NCBI GenBank assembly: GCA_032718475.1
Contig: JAUCBJ010004437.1
Coordinates: forward strand, 1 to 64,000
Direction of reading: 5' to 3'
DNA: 64,000 nt
Source of the DNA: Nemertoderma westbladi
Lineage: Eukaryota > Animalia > Xenacoelomorpha
The translations under genes and the position numbers were made by a program. How positions within the stretch are numbered: the stretch's first letter is position 1; every line of letters starts with the position of its first letter. Below are positions 35,924 to 44,982 of the stretch, in pieces. Below the pieces are notes generated by a model that was not told the origin of the DNA, searched no databases, and saw only the letters and a program-made list of their open reading frames with translations.

Positions 35924-38287
35924 TCAGAATGGCCTGGTTGTCTCCCTCGTGTGGCGTCCCATAGGATCATTTTCATTGCCTTTGGTACGTACGTGTTCCG
36001 CCAAGAAATCCCTAAACTCCCTCCGGTTCTCTGGTGTCCACCTGTCCAGGTACCGTTGCGTATTCATAACTCCGGCGAACGATGCCGCCGTTGCTACTTC
36101 TTGATAGGTAAACGGTAGCCTTCGCTTTATGATTTCCATGTGGGTCTCCTGGTTTATGAGGAAGAAACCCCACTTGAACTCTTGGGCCTTCATGCGCTGG
36201 CGCGTCATGGCCCCGACGTCGGCCCACTCCTCGAGCCTCGTGAACTTCTCCTCGTCGCTCATCCAGTCGCACTCGCGTCCGTAGTGTCCCCGAAAGTGGC
36301 ACTTTGGACATCGGTTATGCAACCGTGGACACGCCCCCATCCTGTGACTTGGTTCTCTACAGTAGAGACAAAAGGTTCCCCGTTGGAACCGGTATAGGCA
36401 GCTGCTTTCCCGATGGGTCTGTCTCCCACAGTAGTCGCAGCCGAGTACCAATGTCTCGCGTCCCACCTCGTCTTTCGTCCCAAGCGATCTCCGCGGTCTA
36501 TGGAGTCGCTGGTAGGCGAACTTCTCTACGTTGCTCTCCCTGTTTACGTCTATCCCTCCGCCCCTCTCGGGCATCGTCTCCCCGAATACTATCCGTGGTG
36601 CCGTTCCCGGTTGCTCGCCCAACCTGATGGTGCTCCCCGCGAAATCCATCGCCGGCTCCTCGTGCACCCAGGTCCGCTTGCCGGATCTGTTCCAGAAGGC
36701 CCTCGCCCCACTGGCCGTCACCACCCTTCCGCCAACCCAGTCCGTGTCCGAGTGGCCTATCCTCTCGATGGGCGGCATCTCTCCGAACTCGTCGTCGTCG
36801 TCCTCCTCTTCCGGTAGTGTCTCCAATCCTGGTATCCCGATGGATCCACTATGTCCCTTCCCGCCTTGGCTCTCGCCCGTAGCTCTCCATCCCTCCAGCT
36901 CCCTTAGCTTCCTTGGCGGTTGGTCGCCCTCGGCGCCCGCTGGTATGGGTATCGTGTGCAACCCCGACGTCGACTGTTTCGGCGATCCCACCGTCCATCC
37001 CAATTCTCGCCCTAGAGACTCCCCCGAACTCCCTGACGAAGTCCAATGAAGTTCGTCTAGGCCCGCCTGTTCCTCGAAGCCGTAACTCTGTGCCCTGGCC
37101 TCCTCTTCCCTCTCCTCTGCTTCTATCCTCTCCCGTCTAGCGACTTCTTCCAGTCGCTTTGCTTCTCGTCTGTCCGCCTCTAGCTGCTCCCATCTCTGAT
37201 ACGGTGTATCTGTCTCCCCGTCTACCAGATGTCGGCTGTTGTAGTACACCGACTCGCCCTTCAGCCCCGGGTGGTCTACCAGACCGTCAAAGGCCACTTT
37301 AAAGGCTCTCCTGTAGCTTAGGGGTGATCCCGATAACAGAAATGCCCCTGGTTCCCTTTCGATAACTACGGTCATGAATAAGTTAAGCAAACTTATCATC
37401 ATCCAGTCCTCCTGCAGGATATATCGCTTCTGATATACCTTTATCGCTCCTCTGCGAAACTGATATACCTCCTGCTTTCCCGGTCTCGCTCCCCACTTCA
37501 GCGAGTTCGCTAGTTCTGCTCCGTATTCTTCCCTAAACTTCCCCCAATCCATTGGTTTGTGGCATACGAGCCCCAATAATTGGCCCATCGCCACCGCCCC
37601 GCATTGGCCTGAGTTCTCGACCACCCCCAATCCATCCGGTGCCGTCATAGCCATAAAGACTTTCTGCATATCCAGGAGGTTGGTGGCGTCCGGACCGATG
37701 ATCCTCTCCGCGTCCTCGCGAATCGCCGATCCCACTTTCGTCGTCGACTTCTCTCTTACTAAGACTTGTACCGCTTTTGGCAACCGGTCTAATTTCGGCC
37801 CGTCCTTCTTCCCATACGTCCCTAGGTCGAATAAGAAGATGTCCCCATTTGGCGCTGCCAAATGCAAGAGTATGGTCCTGGCCGACCCTGCCGTTCCTCG
37901 TCTCGAACCCGCTTCGTCTTCCACGGTTCCCTCGTCATCTAGGATCATATATCCTCCTCTGTTGACGGACTCTATGAATCTTTTCCAGTCCTTCCTCGGC
38001 GATTCCCTCGGATACTTCGGAATCCCGAACTTCGCCTCGTCTCCTCTCACCACGTAGTGGAAGTGTTGGAAGATCGCGTTGTCCAGCGACGGCGTCCCGT
38101 AGGTCCCGACCAACCGCTGTTCGTGCGCCTCCCGGAAGTGATCCTGCAGCGCTCGTGCCGCGTGACCCCTTTCCAACCTCTCGTAGTATCCTCTCGTCTT
38201 CTCCTCTGGGTGTCTTTCGGTGAAATCCACCAATATTTCTTTTCCTCCTGACTCCGCCTTCCTCTTTCTGATCAGCTTACTCGCCAT
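35924..38287 (-). CDS. Accessory ORF of the inner element: DEDDy 3'-5' exonuclease-like domain plus three CCHC zinc knuckles
   Basis: ExoI ILDDEG, LLHLAAP..IFLFDL, ExoII KVGSAIRED, LLDMQ and ExoIII-like QKRYILQED. Knuckles CDYC-x4-H-x4-C, CLYC-x4-H-x4-C and CPKC-x4-H-x4-C. First ATG at 38287. Confidence 0.8.
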   Translation of the reverse strand: MASKLIRKRKAESGGKEILVDFTERHPEEKTRGYYERLERGHAARALQDHFREAHEQRLVGTYGTPSLDNAIFQHFHYVVRGDEAKFGIPKYPRESPRKDWKRFIESVNRGGYMILDDEGTVEDEAGSRRGTAGSARTILLHLAAPNGDIFLFDLGTYGKKDGPKLDRLPKAVQVLVREKSTTKVGSAIREDAERIIGPDATNLLDMQKVFMAMTAPDGLGVVENSGQCGAVAMGQLLGLVCHKPMDWGKFREEYGAELANSLKWGARPGKQEVYQFRRGAIKVYQKRYILQEDWMMISLLNLFMTVVIEREPGAFLLSGSPLSYRRAFKVAFDGLVDHPGLKGESVYYNSRHLVDGETDTPYQRWEQLEADRREAKRLEEVARRERIEAEEREEEARAQSYGFEEQAGLDELHWTSSGSSGESLGRELGWTVGSPKQSTSGLHTIPIPAGAEGDQPPRKLRELEGWRATGESQGGKGHSGSIGIPGLETLPEEEDDDDEFGEMPPIERIGHSDTDWVGGRVVTASGARAFWNRSGKRTWVHEEPAMDFAGSTIRLGEQPGTAPRIVFGETMPERGGGIDVNRESNVEKFAYQRLHRPRRSLGTKDEVGRETLVLGCDYCGRQTHRESSCLYRFQRGTFCLYCREPSHRMGACPRLHNRCPKCHFRGHYGRECDWMSDEEKFTRLEEWADVGAMTRQRMKAQEFKWGFFLINQETHMEIIKRRLPFTYQEVATAASFAGVMNTQRYLDRWTPENRREFRDFLAEHVRTKGNENDPMGRHTRETTRPF

Positions 38288-38789
38288 TCCGAACACTACA
38301 CTCGCTCACCTGTAGGGTGGTGCCTTAGCAAGGCGCAATACAGATGAGTGATGTATTAAGATGTTTCGTACAGTTCGATAATGGCCTACTTTTCTACTTA
38401 ACTGCGCCTTTCAAGCTTAATTTAATCTAATTAATTTCGGAGCTAGTAAATCAGCCTAATTTACAATTTCCGTCCGTTACTTTTATTATGTTCTAGAACG
38501 ACTTTCCTTGTGTTACCACTATTTTCCGATTTTAGCCCTATTCTATTTATTTATTTATTTTGCTTTGATTCTACTGTCCTACTACTTACTACTGCCTATG
38601 GATTTATTCTATTCTCTCTCTAATCCATATTCTGGCCTACTCAGTGGGCCTATGCAGTACAGCAGTATGCGTCGTGTGGCCACACGATTTATCCAGCTGC
38701 ACTCATATGCCCCCCTCTCGCTACTAACTCTACTTACTGCTAATTAATATCTATATCCTATTTACCCCTTTTATCTCTCACTCTCTCTC

Positions 38790-39490
38790 TCTAACTAATG
38801 GTACTACGTACCTACTAACTCTAACTCTAACTAGGTACTATGTACCTACTAACTCTAACTAACTATTGGTACTACGTACCTACTAACTCTAACTAACTAT
38901 TGGTACTACGTACCCTCTAACTCTAACTCTATCTAGGTACTACGTACCTACTAACTCTCTAACTATCGGTACTACGTACCCTCTAACTCTAACTAACTAT
39001 TGGTACTACGTACCCTCTAACTCTAACTCTAACTAGGTACTACGTACCTAGTAACTCTCTAACTATCGGTACTACGTACCCTCTAACTCTAACTCTAACT
39101 AGGTACTACGTACCTACTAACTCTCTAACTATCGGTACTATGTACCCTCTAACTCTAACTAACTATTGGTACTACGTACCCTCTAACTCTCTAACTATCG
39201 GTACTACGTACCCTCTAACTAACTAACTCTAGGTACTACGTACCTACTAACTAACTAACTCTAGGTACTACGTACCTACTAACTAACTAACTATCGGTAC
39301 TATGTACCCTCTAACTCTAACTAACTCTAGGTACTACGTACCTACTAACTAACTAACTCTAGGTACTACGTACCTACTAACTAACTAACTATCGGTACTA
39401 CGTACCCTCTAACTCTAACTAACTCTAGGTACTACGTACCTGCTAACTAACTAACTTTAGGTACTACGTACCTGCTAACTAACTAACTTT
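38790..39490. repeat. Array of 21 palindromic cores GGTACTA(C/T)GTACC at 32/34-bp spacing with (CTAA/CT)n linkers
   Basis: Cores counted from 38800 to 39460, lying between the integrase stop and the accessory ORF. Confidence 0.95.
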
Positions 39491-39592
39491 TATTTTTATT
39501 TTTATTTTATTTGTGTGGGAAGGGCGTCTCGCCCTCAATCCCACCCCCCTCAGTCCAAGACTTGGACGACTAAACTCCACTCTAACTCCGCT

Positions 39593-40404
39593 CTAAGGTG
39601 CTCCTTCTAAGAGACAGCATTTACCTACCGCTCTCCTGTAGGTTTTTCTGTCCTTCGCACCTATCTTTCCACCTATCCGCACTTCTACCGATCGGACTCT
39701 TCCGTCCTCGTCGGAGTAGGTGTCTACAACTCTCGCCAACCGCCATTGGTTGTTGATGATAGTATCATCCGTGACGATTACGAGATCTCCCTCTCTTAAC
39801 TCCCTGTTCGGCTTCCTCCACTTGCTTCGCTTATGGAGCGTGGGTAGGTATTCTTCTACCCACCTCCTCCAATACTCTGCGCTAATTGCTTTAGCTACTT
39901 TCCAACTTTGGCGGGAGTGTATATCATCTGGGTCTACACCCCGCATATCGATGGTCGCTGGCCTTTCCATCAGGAAATGGCTAGGCGTCAACACGTCTAA
40001 TGACTCAGGGTCATCATTCTCCGGGTATAGCGGTCTGCTATTAATGATCCCCTCGCACTTCGCAAGTACTGTCCGTAAGACGTCTTCAGTGACCATGTGG
40101 GTGTTCATCAGCTTCGTCATTAGACGTTTTGAACTGCCCACGAGTCTCTCGACGCATCCTAATGTATGTGGTGCATACGGCGTCCTTCTCTCCCACTTCA
40201 CTTGTCGTCTTCTCATGGCCGCCCTGACTTCTTCTCCCTCCAAGATGTCTATGGCCTCTGCCATCTCACTCTCTGCGCCCACAAAATTGGTGCCGTTGTC
40301 GCTATATATCACTGCGATCGTCCCACCTTTGCAGTCCCTAAACCTTTCTAAGGCGTTAATGAATGCTGATGCGGTTGCATCTTGGGCGAGTTCTATCCCT
40401 ACCG
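39593..40404 (-). CDS. Inner element integrase core and C-terminus (after a 1-nt frameshift)
   Basis: AVGIEL..AFINALERF, SDNGTNF, VERL, INSRPL, LTPSHFL and DGRVRSV. Joins upstream CNNTR if one G is restored near 40404. Confidence 0.9.
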
Positions 40405-43400
40405 CCGCGTATTGTTGCATACGAAGATAATACCGTAGCGTTTCTCCGTGTGTCGCATCACCTTGATCTTTATCGGCCCGAACATGTCCACACCGCAATG
40501 CGTAAATGGCGGGTCGTGCTGTCTTAACCTACTCGCCGGTAGTGGTGCCATCTCCTGTACGGCTCGTTCCTTCTTCGCTCGTCGGCAGGTCTGGCACTGC
40601 CCCACTACCGCTTTAACCTTCTTCCTTAGTTGTTTGACCCAATAGGTCCTCCTTATCTCTGTGAGGGTTCGGTTGGTGCCCCCATGCAGTATCGATTTGT
40701 GGGAGTCCCATATGATCTGGTGGACTATAGGCGATCCTGTGGGAACGATGATGGGTTTCGGTGGCACGACTATACTGTTGTTGTATCCCACCCTAGAATT
40801 CATTACTAGAATCCCATCCTCGTTGAGTTGTGGCGACAGCGTGATCAACTCGCTATCCCGTCGGAGGTGCTGTTGGTTACCGACGCGTTCCACCTCGTCG
40901 CCGTAGTTCTTGCGTTGTTCATAGCGGATCACTGCCTTGGCCGCTCCTTCCAGATCTATGGTTGTCCTGGTCTTCTTGTCCTTGCCGACTCCCGCAAGGA
41001 AATTCCCAAAGGCTCTCCAGTACGCCACTAGTTTCTTGGTCTTATACCAACTAGAACTGTAGCTGAGGAGTTTATCCGTCGGGTTATCGCACAGTTCCCT
41101 TCCTGGTTGCACGTCCCTAATCTCCCTCACCATCTGGGAGTATATCTCTTCTCCCTCTGAATCTCCTTCTCCTTCTGATACTGGTTCCGAGCCCGGGTCC
41201 ACCTTCCTCATCGGCGGCCAGGCCTCTCTATCGCTCAGAAATTGTGGCCCATGTTGCCACAATACTTCCTTCTTCAGGAAAGTGTGGCGTTCCACGCCCC
41301 TCGACAGCAAGTCCGCTGGGTTCTCATCTGTTGGGCAGTAGTGCCACCTTTCTAGTTCTGTGCTCGCCCTTATTTCGTCCACTCTATTCGCGACGAATAT
41401 CGGGTATCTCGTCTTTTCGTTGTGTAGCCAACCAAGCACTACCATGGAGTCCGTCCAGTAGTGTGTCTCCACTATGTTGGGAATTGTATCCACTAGGTAG
41501 GCTGTGGCTCTAACTCCTAGTCTCGCAGCTGTCAATTCTAACTTGGGAACAGATGCTGAATCTGGCGGCGTTGACTTAGCTTTGCTAAAGGCAAGTCTGG
41601 GCTTGTGAGGCCCCTCTCGTTGTACTAAATAGAGTGCCGCTCCGTATGCCTCTAACGACGCGTCGGAGAACATATGTAAGTCCAGATTCGTCATGTTCCC
41701 GTCCGGAAAATACACTCGCGGCATGTTGTATGTTCCCATCCTCTCCAAGTCTCCTGTCCATTTGCTCCACTGTTTCTTGATGTCCTCTGGTACCTCTACA
41801 TCCCACTCATCCTTCAATTTATATACTCTCTTGAGTATCTGTTTCCCCGTGACTAGTAGTGGGGATGCTAGGCCTAGGGGATCGTATATCCTTGCTATAT
41901 ACGATACATAACCCCTCTTCGTATGGGTGTCTGCGCCCTCCTGGCTCAGCTGATACTTCAGTTCGTCTGTTTTCCTATCCCACACGATTCCCAATGCCTT
42001 CTGCTGGGATTCCGTTCTCTTAATCGCCATGTCCTGTCCTTTGGCTGTTGTAGGGTTGTCCATGGTCGATTCTGGTTTCTTGTCTTCTATTTCCTTGATA
42101 AATTCTTCTGAACTGGATTGGAATTTGGTCAGGTTGAAGCCGGATCCTTTCAGGATGTCGCGAACCTCGCGCCCTGTTTCCAGTATCTCCTCAACCGTAT
42201 TTCCAGACTCCATACCGTCGTCTACGTAGAAGCCGCGTCTGATCATATCGACGGCCCTACTGCTATATCTATCTTCCTTCCCCTTTACCGTGTCTCTCAC
42301 TGCCATAGTCGTCGTAAATGAGGACGACTTGGCCCCCATGTTTTGTACTACCATCTTATACGCTGGTATTACCGGCGGTTCTTCTTCGCCGTTATACCAT
42401 AAGAAGCGTTGACTGTCACTATCTTCTTCCGTTACACGTACCTGGTTGAACATGCCTTCTATGTCACACGTGAAGGCGTGTTTCCCGTTTCGAAACCTAA
42501 GTAACACCTCTATGCCCGAATTGTAAATATTTGGGCCTTCCAACAGGTAATCGTTTAAGCATTTTCCGTCGGTCTTTGCCGATGCATCGACTACCATCCT
42601 CAGTTTACCTTTCTTTGGGTCTAATGCTACGTGGAGTGGCAGGTAGTATGTCCTGTCCGTATTCGGCTCGTCGACCGGTAACTCCACGGCCCATCCTTTC
42701 TCGACGTACTTCTTAATGGTTTTGTGAATGTACTCGTTCTTCTCGGGGCTCCGTTTTAGTGTTTGTTTCAGCTTGCGGAGTCTCGTGAGTACCATCCCTC
42801 TATTATCGGGTAGCGGTATCTTCGGTAGTTTCCATACCATTCCTATTGTATACCGCCCCTCATCACACGTCATCGATTCCTCCACGCTTTGTAGAGCCTG
42901 TTTGTCTTCTACCGAGGTCCCGACCCCGGTCTCTTTCAGTCCCTCAAAGTCTTGCCTGAGCAGTCTTTTAAGCTGCTCCTCTGCACCCTCATCACCCATT
43001 TCCTGCATTGTTCCCGCGAACATGCATCCTGATGTCTCCGACATCCTGAATGGTATCTTGCTCTTAATTGGACCACTCAGCGTCCACCCGAATGGCGTTA
43101 GTATAGCCACCGGGTCGCTCTGCTTGTCTTCGCCGAAGACCGTTTGCATTCTTTCGTGGGCCGTCGGGCAGTCCATTCCTACTATGATGGATACCTTCCT
43201 AACGTCCACGTCTGGGATCGAGAAGTCAATGTCGTCCAGGAATTTGTATTGCTCGACCTCGATGTTGGTTGGCCGCCTGGCATTGATGTTAATTGACTCT
43301 ATTACTTGGATGGGATCGATGGTTGCCCCATAATCGCATCCTGGTGCTACTGCTGCAATTGCGCACCGTCCTGTCCTCATCTCTAGGATCTCATCTTTGC

Positions 43401-44982
43401 TAGAGATGGTTGTTACCGCCATCCTGCTTGGCCTTGTTCTCAATCCTATTTCTTCGGCTACCCATTCCTCTACTAATGTGAAGGCAGCTCCGCTATCAAC
43501 CAGCATCAGTGTTGTTACTGATCGATTGCCTTCCCCGATCACTCGTACTGGTACTACTCCAAGTAGCACTGTTCCTCTCTTCTTCGCCCCTACTGTGCTC
43601 GTTGCCATCGTCTGGCCTCTCCTTTGGCCAAACTTGACCGGCTTCTCTTGGCATTCCCTGGCCTTGTGTCCACTCTTCACACATCGCGAGCAGATTTTAT
43701 TGCTCGACGCGTAATCTATCTGGTCTTGCCTCGGTAGCGCCTGCCAGTACCTGCAGTTCATGGTTTTATGAAGCGCATTTGCGTGTAACTGGCATTTGCT
43801 CTTTGGGTCGTAGCCCTCTTTATACAATGCATTGCGTATCGCAGTTATGTTTGTACCAAAGTCCCTACTGTTCTTATTGACTGGATTTGGCCTACTGGAC
43901 GTACTGGGGTTATGTTTATTCATGTTGTTATTGTTCCCCTGTCCGTCCCTTGATGTTGTCTTATCTTCGTTTGTCTGTGGACTTGCAGTCCCCTGCGTCG
44001 CTGCATATGGCAATGATTGCCTGAGTCTCGGTAACGCGTTCGATGTGTTGTGCTCTGGTTTTGGTCTATGGTAGTCTGTCTTTGGTCCCTTTCCCAGGCT
44101 GTCTTCACTATAGACTGGGTCCGTTATTAGTTCGGCCTCGTAATTTAAGAAGTTTGACATTTCTTCTAAACCTGGTTCCGCACCCTTCTTGTCTCGGGTG
44201 GAGAAAGCGATCTTCCTCCATTTGTTGCGCAGCCAGCTCGGTAGTGCCTGCGCTATCGTGGTGATGTTATTGGACGCGTTGAGCTCGTATGGCGCGTCTA
44301 GCGTCTTCAGCACGATCAGCGCCTTCTCGACTTTGTTAGCAAACGTCTTAATGCTAACGGGATTATCCTGTAGCCCACCCGATGTTATGCCTCTCAGCGT
44401 TTGCCTGATGATCTTGGCCGGGTGCCCGTATTCCCTATCCAGTGCCCGCCATGCTGTCGTGAAGCCGCCCTCTATTCCCTGATATTGCCTCACGATGTTG
44501 TATGCTGGGCCTCCCGTGTACACATGTAGATACTTTAGGCACTCCGCCTGCGTCAAGTTTTTTGTTAGTATTTCGTTACTATACATTCGCCGAAACTGTA
44601 AGTATTCTTCCGGCCTGCTCCCATCGAATTTGAACGGTTCCGCGGGTGGTAATTCGATCCTCGTTTTCAACGCATCGATCAACGTGGCCATCCCCATTGC
44701 CTGCGCTTCTAATGGATTCGACGGGTGCTGTATAGTTTCCCCTGTCTGGTGCGGTTCGTCCGTCCTATTTCTTGATCTTCTCTGACTCGGATATGTCATC
44801 GGGGGTAGCGGCCCCCTCCATATGTCTGTGTCACACGACCTGTTTTCGTCCAAGGGTTTCGTTGTTCTTGCTACCATCGGGGTATATTGTTGATATTGTG
44901 ATGGGGGAATGTCACCCTGTCCCCCCCCCCCACCGGTATGTCTGGTACTGGGGTTGATGTTAATACGTTGGGGCCCATGCAC
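40399..44982 (-). CDS. Inner element Gag core, protease, RT, RNase H and integrase Zn finger
   Basis: FKFDG, CSRCVKSGHKAREC, LVDSGA, RMVVDAS, FYVDDG, YDPLG, FSDAS, YWTDS, NPADLLSRG, H..H..CQTC and CGVDMFGP. Confidence 0.95.
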   Translation of the reverse strand: MHGPQRININPSTRHTGGGGGQGDIPPSQYQQYTPMVARTTKPLDENRSCDTDIWRGPLPPMTYPSQRRSRNRTDEPHQTGETIQHPSNPLEAQAMGMATLIDALKTRIELPPAEPFKFDGSRPEEYLQFRRMYSNEILTKNLTQAECLKYLHVYTGGPAYNIVRQYQGIEGGFTTAWRALDREYGHPAKIIRQTLRGITSGGLQDNPVSIKTFANKVEKALIVLKTLDAPYELNASNNITTIAQALPSWLRNKWRKIAFSTRDKKGAEPGLEEMSNFLNYEAELITDPVYSEDSLGKGPKTDYHRPKPEHNTSNALPRLRQSLPYAATQGTASPQTNEDKTTSRDGQGNNNNMNKHNPSTSSRPNPVNKNSRDFGTNITAIRNALYKEGYDPKSKCQLHANALHKTMNCRYWQALPRQDQIDYASSNKICSRCVKSGHKARECQEKPVKFGQRRGQTMATSTVGAKKRGTVLLGVVPVRVIGEGNRSVTTLMLVDSGAAFTLVEEWVAEEIGLRTRPSRMAVTTISSKDEILEMRTGRCAIAAVAPGCDYGATIDPIQVIESININARRPTNIEVEQYKFLDDIDFSIPDVDVRKVSIIVGMDCPTAHERMQTVFGEDKQSDPVAILTPFGWTLSGPIKSKIPFRMSETSGCMFAGTMQEMGDEGAEEQLKRLLRQDFEGLKETGVGTSVEDKQALQSVEESMTCDEGRYTIGMVWKLPKIPLPDNRGMVLTRLRKLKQTLKRSPEKNEYIHKTIKKYVEKGWAVELPVDEPNTDRTYYLPLHVALDPKKGKLRMVVDASAKTDGKCLNDYLLEGPNIYNSGIEVLLRFRNGKHAFTCDIEGMFNQVRVTEEDSDSQRFLWYNGEEEPPVIPAYKMVVQNMGAKSSSFTTTMAVRDTVKGKEDRYSSRAVDMIRRGFYVDDGMESGNTVEEILETGREVRDILKGSGFNLTKFQSSSEEFIKEIEDKKPESTMDNPTTAKGQDMAIKRTESQQKALGIVWDRKTDELKYQLSQEGADTHTKRGYVSYIARIYDPLGLASPLLVTGKQILKRVYKLKDEWDVEVPEDIKKQWSKWTGDLERMGTYNMPRVYFPDGNMTNLDLHMFSDASLEAYGAALYLVQREGPHKPRLAFSKAKSTPPDSASVPKLELTAARLGVRATAYLVDTIPNIVETHYWTDSMVVLGWLHNEKTRYPIFVANRVDEIRASTELERWHYCPTDENPADLLSRGVERHTFLKKEVLWQHGPQFLSDREAWPPMRKVDPGSEPVSEGEGDSEGEEIYSQMVREIRDVQPGRELCDNPTDKLLSYSSSWYKTKKLVAYWRAFGNFLAGVGKDKKTRTTIDLEGAAKAVIRYEQRKNYGDEVERVGNQQHLRRDSELITLSPQLNEDGILVMNSRVGYNNSIVVPPKPIIVPTGSPIVHQIIWDSHKSILHGGTNRTLTEIRRTYWVKQLRKKVKAVVGQCQTCRRAKKERAVQEMAPLPASRLRQHDPPFTHCGVDMFGPIKIKVMRHTEKRYGIIFVCNNTRR

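Noticed and set aside
26427-38287. Accessory ORFs as env genes
   Set aside because: Neither has a signal peptide, a furin-site plus fusion-peptide arrangement or a C-terminal TM anchor.
38790-39490. CRISPR-like appearance (palindromic repeat with regular spacing)
   Set aside because: Spacers are low-complexity variants of one another, the repeat is only 13 bp, there are no cas genes, and the context is a eukaryotic retroelement.
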